From Phyllosticta citribraziliensis (lineage: Eukaryota), in the NCBI RefSeq assembly GCF_038025025.1, contig NW_027117340.1, forward strand, positions 1,488,001 to 1,552,000: 64,000 bases of DNA. Direction: 5' to 3'. Positions 50,920 to 61,755 of the stretch are shown one piece after another. Made by a program: the position numbers and the translations under genes. The notes beneath the pieces were generated by a model that searched no databases, had not been told where the DNA came from, and saw nothing but the letters and a program-made list of their open reading frames with translations. The number at the start of each line of letters is the position of its first letter. Within the stretch, counting starts at the first letter, position 1.

Positions 50920-52495
50920 CTACTCATCAACCTCGCCCTCTTCCAGCTGCTCGAAAGGCTCCTCCCCACGGCTCTGAACCCTGACGTAGTCAAAGCCCCA
51001 CTGCGTGCACCTCTCCTTGACGATGTTCCAATACTTCTCCTTGTCTTGGTCGTTCCTAAAGTCGGCCTCAGTGGTGGTGTACTCCAGCGCGACGAAGCGG
51101 ACGCGAATGCGGTGCGTGACATCCTTCAGCTTGCGGAGGAATGCACGCTCGGCGTCAGAGCGGGCCAGGTACTTGGGCATGGTGCGCCTGTAGATGGTGT
51201 TGGACCAGCCCATGGAATCGTGGTAGGCGGGGAGGCGCATGGGGAGAACAAGAGAGCGAGTCACGAACGGGGAGACTTGGATGTCGAGCTCGCGCAGGCG
51301 CTTGACCGCAAGGAGGTCAGTGAGGGCGGTGTTGAGCGACCTCAGAAGCGGGTCACGAGAGTTCTTCGCGACCTGGAGGCCATGGGCCTTGGCGGATTGG
51401 TAGACCCAGCCCGCACGCTGTTTGTCGGAGTTTTTGGAGAAGTGCCAGGACGGCATGTGGATGGTGACCTTGCGCAAGTTGGACATGTTGTGCTTGCCGA
51501 TTGTGTTCAGGAAGCACTGCAATCCAACGATGCCATACTGGTCGGGGAAGATGAAGTGAGTCTTGTGGTAGAGCACTTTGAGGCTCTCGCGAGAGACGGC
51601 GCGGGACGTGGTGAAGAGGCCGACACCGCGGTCATAGCGGGGTGGCTTTGTGAAGAAGTTTACAACTTGTCTGCCTCTCTTGTTTCTGGTGTAGACCCTA
51701 CTTCGCTCAGAGGGTGCAAGGTGGAACTGATTGCGAACGAGGAACTGATTGCCAAGGTTGGGGATGCCGCGAGCAAATTGATCTTCCGCGTACGGGAGGA
51801 GGCGATCGAACATGCGGGCTGGTTCCACGTCGACGAGAGCAAACTTCCATATTTCGTCTCGGAGCTCGCGTGGCAGGCGGAGGAGCACAGACTCTTCAAA
51901 GTTCTGTGGCCGTTAGCAATGCTATCCCACAATTGATCAGGAGGAGGCTTGGACTGACCCTGAGCTGAACAGCCCTGTTGACGCGGCTGAACCAGCTATT
52001 GAAGTTCATGGGGCGCTGCCAGAATGATGAAAGAAGCTTGGCTTCTCCAGTCGCAGAGTGCTCATCAATACTGTCGGAGAATACGGTCCGCAGTTTGCAG
52101 AGACGGTCGCGAAGGTCTTCTCCCTCATCCATGACGATGCTCCTGTAGGGCATGATGGTTGTACCTTCGCAGTAGTCGAACGACGAGTCGGGGTTCGGCT
52201 TGAGCAGGCGCGGCCAGTCCTTGTCGCTCATCTCTCTCTTGAAAACGAGCACCTCGAGCGAGTTGTCCTTGTCTCGACGTTTGTACTGGGCCGTGTGGAT
52301 CGCGTCAAATAGCTGAAGATCGATGTGCAGACCCTTTGCTCTCAACTTGAGCCCATCTTCGGCGAGCTGGACCTTGACTTTGTGGGTAGCGAACCTGGTG
52401 GACGGCACGAGCGTTAGAAGGCAGAAGTTGCGGTCGACGTATGTGGTGCTGGAGTTCTGCGCCCAAAGGATGCGATGTTTGCTCGTAGGAATCAT
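50920..52495 (-). CDS. Hypothetical ~506-aa protein: N-terminal p23/CS-like domain fused to an F-box-like motif and an uncharacterised C-terminal domain
   Basis: ATG at 52495: ILWAQNSS...RNFCLLTL...DLQLFDAI...LVFKREMSDKDWPRLLK. Intron 51958-51904 (GTCAGT...GCTAAC...CAG) joins in frame to NFEESVLLRLPRELRDEIWKFAL...LFTTSRAVSRESLKVLYHKTHFIF...FLNTIG. Confidence 0.65.
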
Positions 52496-52652
52496 GCTGA
52501 GGCAGGCCGTGTGCCTTAGCTGGCGCTTTTGCGAGATGGGAGTGGACCAGTTGACGACTCGAGATGAAGAGAAGAGGTCGAGGTAGAGGAAAGATGGGCG
52601 ACGGATTTCAAAATGAGGCCGCAACCGCCACGGCGATTCTGCGGTTGTCTCA

Positions 52653-52995
52653 TGGTATCCGCAGCCTCGGTGACGACACCATGATTTGGTGGTTTTCCAT
52701 GAGGCGGGAGCAGTCGGGTTGCCGCACCTTTGAGCATCCAGGGCCTCGGCGACGACATCATACTTTGGTATTTCCCATGGGCGGACGGAGACGCCATATC
52801 GCATCGCATCGCATCGCATCGTTGAGCGTCTGCAGCCTCGGCGACGACATTATATTTTGGCGTTTTCCCAAGAAGAGGCGGATTGGAGCACTGCACCGTG
52901 GAGCATCCGCAGCCTTAATATCAACATTACATTTCTGTGTTCTCCCATGAGGTAGAAGGAGTCTCCGCAACATTGAGCATCACACGTAATAACAT
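52653..52995. repeat. Degenerate tandem array of ~77-bp units (4 full copies and 1 partial)
   Basis: Approximate core GAGCATCCGCAGCCTCGGCGACGACAT...TTTGG...TTTCCCATGAGG at ~52653, 52732, 52824 and 52901, partial at 52975. The second unit is expanded by (GCATC)4. Confidence 0.75.
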
Positions 52996-55144
52996 TCTTC
53001 TTGTCCTCGGTCATTGAAATCATTTTGATATGGCTGTGAAAGATGAGCTTAAGCCTTAAAAATGGCCCCTCTTTGGCAGGTTTCGAGGTTTGATATTCTT
53101 TCCAACCCTTCTTATTAGGCCACATGCTGAGAGCGCGTTTACCCTACCTGCCGGTGCACAGCAGTTGGCAGACTATCAACAACCGGGTGGGGTGCCTTCG
53201 GAATCAGTAGTCGTCTTATTGTCGGCAAGTGTGGGTATGGAGAAGTGAGTTCGCGCGCTGCGTGAACTGCTGTTATAGGTCCAGAGGTCTAACAGCTATT
53301 AGAGCTGACTGACAGTTAAAAATAGCTGCGTAAGTATGTAGGCTTCTGGAACCCACCTTCTACTAATAAGCGTCGACATCTGTCGGCGTTGCTGAGTAGT
53401 TAGTAAAAACAGGGGGTAAATAGACACATGCAAAGATGACTGGCGCCGATAGCAGCCCGCTGACTGTTGTCGGCCGACAAGGTAAACGCGCTCTAACATG
53501 AATGCGAAAAGGGAGTCACACTGGCCTGAAATCCAGCACTTTCCGCAGCAAGTACACGGGAGCATCGCATCTTATGAACTCACGTTGTTCACTTTCCGAG
53601 ATTGGCAAGTGCTTACCCCTGCTCAAAGTTGGTCATGTCGACTGAGACGCAATATGGGGACCCGGGTCAACATTGAAGAACGGACACCGACTTTTGTCTT
53701 GCGGAGACGCTTGCACCCTTGCGCGGCTTTACCCGAGGTCATGGAACCGAGCGCATGGTGGACATGGGAAAAGTGCGTAATGTGGATCGTACGTACGCAT
53801 GCCTCGCCGGAACCCAGGGCAAGATTGGAGTGCTAGAAAATCACCGTGTTCGGCGAATCTCGAGGGCAACTGTGGTCGTACAAGCGAAGTCCTGCCATTA
53901 CCGCGGTGCACCATTTAAAGTGGGCGAGCACGAAGCCATCTCCAACAAAAGCCACGCGCTGAGGATCTTCGCCTCGCTTGGAAAGCGGAGGGCTACACGG
54001 GGAACGACCTGCAAATGGCGATCCAACGGAAAATGCAGGGTTCAAAGTGTGGAGGAGTGCTTGGACCAGACGAGCATGAAGAAAGAAAAGAGACTGGTCA
54101 GCCATGGGGCTCGGGCTCGCCGACGACGGGGCTTTTGGGACTTTTTCCCACCGTTTCGACACTGTTTGGCAGTTCTTTTTCAAGCCCGGAACCCGAATCC
54201 CTCGAAGCTGTACAGCACAAGTCAGTCCAAATGCCGCCGAGTCAGGAATCGAGGGTTGCAGAGCGAGACGCAGAATGGTAGCGAGCCGTTCAGTAAGGCT
54301 GAAACACGACGCTGGAGAAACCGGCCTGCTATTTGGCCGGATGCGCCGGCTTGTCGAGGAGGCGGCGAAATTAGTTGCCTTGATCTTGTGAGGCAGCCAC
54401 AGTAAAGATGAGAGGGTTGCGATCTTCGTTGGAGTAGAGTCAGACCTGTGGTGTTGCATGACCTTGAGAAGACGACCTCAACACTGCCTCCATGGCCCGC
54501 CTGAAGACAGCAGCAGCTCAACGCAGAAAAGTCCGAGGAAAAGAAGAAGTTCAAGCATCCAAGACGGCGACATGTCGGATCCTCTGGCGACGCTTTGGGC
54601 GGCACGCGGTGCTACCCGTCCGACGGCTCCCGTAAAGGGCATGTTGACGTACACTGGAGCTGAACGTTGCGAGTGATGTGCACCATCCGACACCGACTCA
54701 ACTCGACCAAAAAAAGACTCCATGGCAAGCGCTAGCCTAGCCGACGGCGCGCTTGGGTGTGGTCGAGGAGCGCTCGGCTGCAGCACTACCAGAGCATCAG
54801 ATCAGTCGTCGTTGTAGCGTGCGTGGGAGACTAGCATCCGGAAGTGGGGGAGCCAACGGCCGCCACACCACCCACCCCTGGGCGCCTCCCGTGAGCCTCT
54901 GCTCTGCCTCAAACTCCTCCCCAATGACGGGACCTCTCTCTGCTGCTTGCGACCAAAAAAATTCTGGATCGCAATCAGGCCACCCGCGACGGCATCCTTG
55001 AACCACTGTGTGTGCCCCCCCTGCTGCCTCCAACTCCCCCCATCGCGACTCCTCGGTCTTGAAAAACGCCAGTCCGATCATAATGGCCACTCCCACCACC
55101 ACTCTTCCCACTCTTCCACCACTGTCTACGTCCTTTTTATTGCA

Positions 55145-57381
55145 ATGGCTCCGCATATCTGGGGGCTGATCAAGCGCAGCACTCCTCCAAGGTTCCTCAA
55201 AATGTCCCCCAGCAGAATTCCGAATGGCGAACTCAGAGAAGGCAGCGTCGACATCTTGCAAGCCGATATTCCCTACGTTCCTGGTTCATCCCATGGCCCT
55301 ACACACTCGAAAAGCGAAGTCCTCGTCGTAGGCGCCGGTCCGGCCGGCCTCATGCTTGCGTACGCCTCCCTGGTCCAAACTCACGTGAAATTTGTCCGAC
55401 TAATTCTACCTCCAGAGACAACCTTGCCCGCTTTGGAATCAAGGTGGAAATCATCGATGACCGGCCAGAGCGGACCCTCACGGGAAGAGCGGATGGCCTT
55501 CAGCCGAAGTCCATCGAAACGCTGCGCCAGATGAGGATTGCGGAGCCCCTTCTCCGCAAAGGTGTCAAAGTCTTTGACATATGCTTTTGGGTAGGCGCTA
55601 GCCGAGATTCCTTGGTTTCCGAACACTGACAACCGCCAGAGATCATCATTGACGGAAAAGATGCACAGAGCGGGGAGAGAGGTGCACTATCCGCAAGAAA
55701 CAGTAGATTTGCTAGATCCCTACATCCTGCTCGTGCACCAGGGCATGATTGAGCAGCTCTTCATCAACGATCTCCGGGAAAGGGGAGTAGACGTGCAAAG
55801 AAACACGGCCTTTATGGACTTTGAGTATCTTTCGGGCAAGACGTCACCCATTCAAGTCACGTGCAAGGCCGACGTGCAGCAGCAAAAGAGGACGATGAAT
55901 ACGCACTACATTGTGGGGTGCGACGGGGCGCACTCACAGGTCCGCAAGTCGATGCCCGGCGCGCAGCCGCTTGGAGCGTCCTCGGACGCCATCTGGGGAG
56001 TCTTGGACGGGCAGATAGAGACGGACTTTCCGGATCTCTGGTCCAAGGCCGTCATCTACTCGGAGGAGGCGGGGTCGGTCCTCATCATCCCGCGTGAGCG
56101 CAACCTGACGCGGCTGTATATTGAGCTCAAGTCCGAGTCGAGAGGGAGCGCGTCCAAGGACGAGCTCACGCGAGAGGTTGTCATGCAGAGGGCTCAGGAG
56201 ATTATGCATCCATTTTTCCTCCGATGGAAGTCGGTCGGTGAGTCGGTTTGGGGAAGAGGAGACGAAGAAATTTACTAACGGGAGGATTGCAGAATGGTAC
56301 GGCAGGTATCAAGTGGGCCAGCGCGTGGCGACCAAATTTGTCGACGACAGGGGCCGAGTGTTTATCGCTGGAGATGTAGGATTCGCCGTCGTTTATGCTT
56401 GCCAGGGGACAAAGCTCACCAATTGCACAGGCCAGCCATACGCACTCGCCAAAGGCCGCTCAGGGCATGAACACGTCGCTTCACGACGCCTGGAACCTGG
56501 CCTGGAAGCTCAACCTCGTCATCCGCAAAATCGCAAAGCCCGAGCTGCTGCACTCGTACGAAGAAGAACGCCGCAAGATTGCCCAGGACCTCATTTCGTT
56601 CGACTATGAGCACGCCAACGCCTTTGCCGCGGGCGACTCGACGGCGCTGGCGCAGAATTTCATGAAGAATGTGCGCTTCATCAGCGGCATAGGGGCCGAG
56701 TATGGCCAAAACGACCTCAACATTGCAACAGACGCCATGGGCTGCGGCGACCTGCGACCCGGCTGCCTGCCCTCGCCGGCCAAGGTGACGCGCTTCATTG
56801 ACGCAAATCCAGTTGACATCCAGCTCGACATTCCGACATTGGGCCAATTCCGCATCTACTTTTTTGCAAACGACGCGCTGCGCAGCCGACCCTTTCTCGA
56901 AAAGGCGTGTTCGGCCGCCAACAGCAGCGCCAGCTTCATGGGCCGCGTGTCGGCCGCCGCCAACGCCAGCTACACGCTGCAACCGCCCGTCGCGGCGCCG
57001 CACGACGAATTCGTGTGTCCGGAGCGCTACACGCCCATCTCGTGCCTATTCACGTTTGCGCTCGTCACGCGCATGGCCAAGAGCCGCCTCGAAATCGCCG
57101 ACCTGCCCCAAGTGCTGCGAGACTCGCCGTGGACCATTTATCTCGACAACGTCGCAAACATGGACACGCGCAGCCTGTCGTGCACCGACAAGTGGCTAGG
57201 CGCAAACACGCTCGACGCCGACCAGGTGGCCATTGCCGTCGTGCGTCCCGATGGCTACGTCGGCACCATCAAGGTTTGGGATGACGGCACCACGAGGGAG
57301 AAGGGTGCCGAGGCCATGCGCTTCTTGGATGACTACTTTGAGCGGTTCCTGACGTGCGATTTGCCCGGCCAGGCATACTAA
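55145..57381 (+). CDS. hxnV: FAD-dependent phenol 2-monooxygenase-like enzyme; HxnV orthologue
   Basis: ATG at 55145 (or 55202), four introns. Motifs [68 protein letters not shown] and a C-terminal thioredoxin-like domain with VVRPDGYVG. Confidence 0.85.
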
Positions 57382-58618
57382 TTACATGGATTTAGATCAA
57401 GAGGGGGACATGCATAAAGAGAGAGCATGAATCTTTTTTGGCAGAAAGAAGGCGAGGGCGTTGATGGATTTGACTACCTATCTAGCAAACAGGCAGGCGC
57501 ATGATAATGACTCAAGATTTGTTTCTTCCATCAGAAGTGGGGATGGGCTGGCAGATGGTCGAATTGCATGGTTGGCCATTCTCACAACAGACCCGAGTGG
57601 AATAGGGAGAGAAACATGTGGAAAACTTGTTTGATGGTCTGACGGGTCTACTCCAGAAATTCAATTCATGACTTCACTCCCATAATCTCGCCGCGATTCT
57701 TACGTCTGACCACTCATCTTCCACCTAGAGCAGTCCACAACCCCCGAGAGCCTTACATCCTCTTCCGTGCCTGTCTCAGCAATGAGCCAATCACCATCCC
57801 TTTTGCATATGCGGGGTCCAACACAGCGCTATGCCAAAAGGGGGTGGGAGCTATGGCCACCAACCCTTGACCTTATCCACACTCGCCCACTTTCTTCTCC
57901 CCCACTCTAGACCGCCTCGCCCCATGAAGAAGTCTGACCATGTCGCCGCAATGCTGTGTGATGCCGGGGAAAAGTGGCCATGGGCGATGCGAGCAGATAC
58001 GAGGCCAACATCGCACGGCGGGGCGGGAGCGCGGCGTCGAGAACCCGAAAGAAGACGTGGGCGCGAGGAGAGAAAAACTGTGTTGGATTAGAAATTGCTC
58101 GGGCACAAGCGAAGGGGGCGTGCAAAGCGGGCAGCTGGGCATATATGTCGCGGGATAGATTTTCCTTGGGTAGATATATAGACCTGAGGTGTATAGTTTG
58201 GCAGTAGGTGCGGAGGAAGATGGGCGCATGGACGGCACGGCGTCTGGCGCGCAGTTTGCGTGACTAAGGCGCGTGTGTGAATGGTGAGTTGAGTGCGGAG
58301 GGAAAGCAAGCAAGCAGCAGAGATCGGGTTGGGAGATACGACGCGGGAAGAGAGGGAGGCGGTGTTTGATTGTCATGGAGCTTAGTTGCCTTCTCCACAA
58401 TCAGCCGGTGCGCGACGAGCTGGTGCATGGTGGGGTTCTTCTTTTCTTCCCTTTTACATATTCTAGCAACCTGCCTACCTGCCTTGGACCTCACTGCTCA
58501 ACTCTCTGCTCGTCTGCTTGTGTTTGCGAGGAAACGATTGACTCGACTCCGTCTTTCACGACTGCTACGAGGCTTATTCATTCGTCTCCACACAAACTTT
58601 TGCAATTGAACCTGAACA

Positions 58619-59664
58619 ATGGGCAAGAAGCGCGTTTTGGTCAGCTACGGCGTCGACATTGACGCCGTCGCCGGATGGCTGGGATCATATGGCGGCGAGG
58701 ACTCGACCAGCGACATTAGTCGAGGTAAGCAGCTCTCCGCTTTGGCATGGAATGCGCGCTCATGACGCTCCCCAGGCATGTTTGCCGGCACAATCGGCGT
58801 CCAGCGACTGCTCAAGCTCTTCGACAAGTACAAGATCAAGGCGACGTGGTTCATTCCGGGGCACAGTCTGGAGACGTTCCCGGAGGACTGCGCGGCCATC
58901 CGCGACGCCGGGCACGAGATTGGGCTGCATGGCTACAGCCACGAGAACCCCAAGGACATGACGCTGGAGCAGCAGCGCGACGTGTTGGACAAGACGTACC
59001 GGATGCTGACCGAATTCGCGGGCAAGCCGCCGCGCGGCAGCGTGGCGCCGTGGTGGGAGGTTTCGCGCGAAGGCGCCAACCTGCTGCTCAGCTACGGCAT
59101 CGAGTACGACCACTCGATGAGCCACTCGGACTACCAGTGCTACTGGCTGCGCACCGACGACCAGTGGACAAAGATTGACTACTCGAAGCGCGCAAAGGAC
59201 TGGATGAAGCCCCTCGTCCAGGGAAAGCCCACGGGCATTGTCGAAATCCCTGGGTCGTGGTATATCGACGACCTGCCGCCGATGATGTTTATCAAGGACG
59301 CCCCCAACAGCCACGGCTGGGTCAGCCCCAAGGTCGTCGAGGAGCTGTGGAAGGACCACTTTGACTACTTCTACCGCGAGTACGACGAATTCGTCTTTCC
59401 CATGACCATTCACCCGGACGTCAGCGGAAGGCCACACGTGCTGTTGATGCATGAGAGGTATGTTGTTCTCGGCGCAAGCGTGCCCGCATGCGAGCTGACT
59501 TTGTGAATAGAATCATCGAGCACATCAACAAGCACGAGGGCGTCGAGTGGGTGACAATGGAGCAAATGTGTGATGACTTCAAGGCGCGGAATCTGGTGCC
59601 AGAGGGCGCTCTGATGCCGGCTCCTGCGGGCGAGATGTTGAAGAAGCCGCCGGTGGGAGTTTGA
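58619..59664 (+). CDS. hxnM: Polysaccharide-deacetylase (CE4)-fold C-N hydrolase; HxnM cyclic imide hydrolase orthologue
   Basis: [36 protein letters not shown]; introns 58725-58775 and 59458-59510. Motifs [32 protein letters not shown] and [10 protein letters not shown]. No signal peptide. Confidence 0.85.
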
Positions 59665-60162
59665 TGGCGTGGTGGGCAATGAGCTGGCAGAAATTGGGAA
59701 ATGGCAGACAACATGACATGACGGCCCGATTTCATTGCGTCCGATGGATGTGTTTACTCCCTCAGAGTGACTGGTACACAAATAAAAAGAATGATTGTTA
59801 GGTGCAGAGTCGGCACGCGTCCGGCAACCACTTCTCCTCCCACCTTCAACCCTGGTCACCCCACTTCTCTGTTCGTCCCGGCGAGTCCGTCGACGTCTCA
59901 ATCGAAGCCACCACTTCCTAGCTCCAAGCTAGCAACCCTACCTATCAACTCTTGTGCCGTAGACGTCGGAACGCGGTGCTACGTTGCCATGTCCTCTCCC
60001 ATATCAAGTCCGCGCTCCATCGCGGTCATGCTTCAAATACCATCTGCCCAGGACACTTGAGCCTCGCATTTCGCCTTTTTCTTTTGCTCATCTGGGAAGA
60101 CTGGTCTCCTTGTCTGCTTGTTCGAGATCCGTTCGTAAATTGTTTGCACAAGCACCGTCGTC

Positions 60163-61755
60163 ATGTCTTTACCGCAAGCCCGCGCACCTCCAGTCCTCGA
60201 GCAACAGCATCGCGCCCCGGATGAACGACTCGACGTATTTCGCTCTGCCCATCCCCTGCCCTTAGACTGATAACTGACTTTCCCCAGATCATCATCATCG
60301 GCGCGGGCCTCGGCGGCCTCTGCGCCGCCACCGCATTGCTCCTCTCCGGCCACAAAGTGACGATCCTCGAGTCGGCAGCGGCGCTCTCAGACGTCGGCGC
60401 CGGCATCCAGTGCCTGCCCAACTCGGTGCGCATCCTCAGGGCGCTGGGCCTGGAGCCGCACCTGGCACCGCACCTGACGACGCCGCGCTGCTGCAACATG
60501 CTGTCGTGGAAGGGCGAGGTGCTGGCCAGCCTGCCGTTCAAGGCGTACGCGGACCGCATCGGCGGCGGCAGCGAGTTTTGGGACTTCCACCGCGCCGAGC
60601 TGCACGCCGCCCTCGTCGCGCGCGTCCTAGAGCTGGGCGGCGCTGTAAGGACCGGCTGCCGCGTCAAGGACGTCGTGTGCTTTGACGGCGACCTGGGCGA
60701 AGGCGGACTGGGACCGGACCAGAGCGCTGCGGAAGCGGTGCTGGAGAGCGGCGAGCGGGCGCGCGCAGACATCGTCGTTGGCGCTGACGGCATCAACTCG
60801 CGGTGTCGAGAGATAATGCTAGGCCGGCCGGACCCCCCGGTCTTGACGGGCGATCTAGCCTACAGGCTGCTGCTGAAGACGGAGAAGATGCTCGAGGACG
60901 ACGAGCTGAGAGACTTGGTGCTTGATCCGCAAGTCAACTACTGGCTGGGTCCAGACATGCACGCAGGTGTGTTTTCTCCTTTCCGTCCCATCCAAACACC
61001 CACCCCTGACGAGCAAATCAGTGAACTACATCCTCCGCGGCGGCGAGTGGTTCAACATGGTTCTCTTGGTTCCGGACGACCTGCCTCCCAACGTGTCCAT
61101 CTCGCCCGGCTCGATACCAGAGATGCAAGCCCCGTTCCGCGACTGGGATCCGCGCATCCCAAAGCTGCTGGCCCTCTGCGAATCGGTGCACAAATGGCGG
61201 CTGTGCATCCGGCCAACGCTGGAGCCGTCGTGGTCGCACGCGTCGGCCGCCTTCACGCTGCTGGGAGACGCCGTGCACGCGACGCTGCCGTACCTGGCCA
61301 GCGGCGCGGGCATGAGCTTCGAAGACGCCTGCGTGCTGGGCCTCTGCCTGGGCCGCCTGTCCAGCAGCACCAAGTCCGGCAAGGCGCGCGCGCTCCGCGT
61401 CTACGAGGCCTGCCGCAAGCAGCGCACCGAGGCCGTCGTCGCGCGCGGCAACAAGCAGCAGTTCCTGTACCACGTGCACGACGGCCCGCAGCGCGACGAG
61501 CGAGACGCGCTGTTTCGCGCGTGGAACGGCGTCGAGGCGCGGCGGGCGCGCGGCGAGCGCGTCGACCCCGCGGCCGAGGGCTTGGAGCAGGGCAGCGACC
61601 CGTTCCCCTGGCGCCAGGGCGGCGTGGGCGATTGGCTGTTGACGTACGATTGTTGGGATGACGTGGAGAGCGAGTGGGCGAGGGATGTCGAGGGGGAGAA
61701 GAGGAAGATGACGGAGATGGAGCAGGAACAGGAAGGTGATAGGGCGAAGCTGTAG
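60163..61755 (+). CDS. hxnX: FAD-dependent salicylate-hydroxylase-like monooxygenase; HxnX (6-hydroxynicotinate monooxygenase) orthologue with PTS1
   Basis: ATG at 60163; introns 60235-60287 and 60967-61021. Motifs IIIIGAGLGGL, VGAGIQ, DIVVGADGINS, TGDLAYR and LLGDAVHATLPYLASGAGMSFED. C-terminus is -AKL. Confidence 0.85.

Noticed and set aside
52653..52995. CRISPR-like repeat/spacer appearance
   Set aside because: The repeats are degenerate, the 'spacers' are homologous to each other, there are no cas genes and the context is eukaryotic. It is a tandem duplication array.
53498..54786. ORFs of 100-230 aa in the insert block as hxnW, transporter or transposase relics
   Set aside because: I could not recognise an SDR (TGxxxGIG, YxxxK), MFS, DDE or reverse-transcriptase motif by eye. 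Left uncalled pending tBLASTn.
58619..59664. Chitin or peptidoglycan deacetylase acting on cell walls
   Set aside because: It has no signal peptide, and its sequence type and context fit the intracellular HxnM-like hydrolase.
35458..61755. Secondary-metabolite biosynthetic cluster
   Set aside because: There is no PKS, NRPS, terpene synthase or other backbone gene, and the enzyme set matches nicotinate catabolism.
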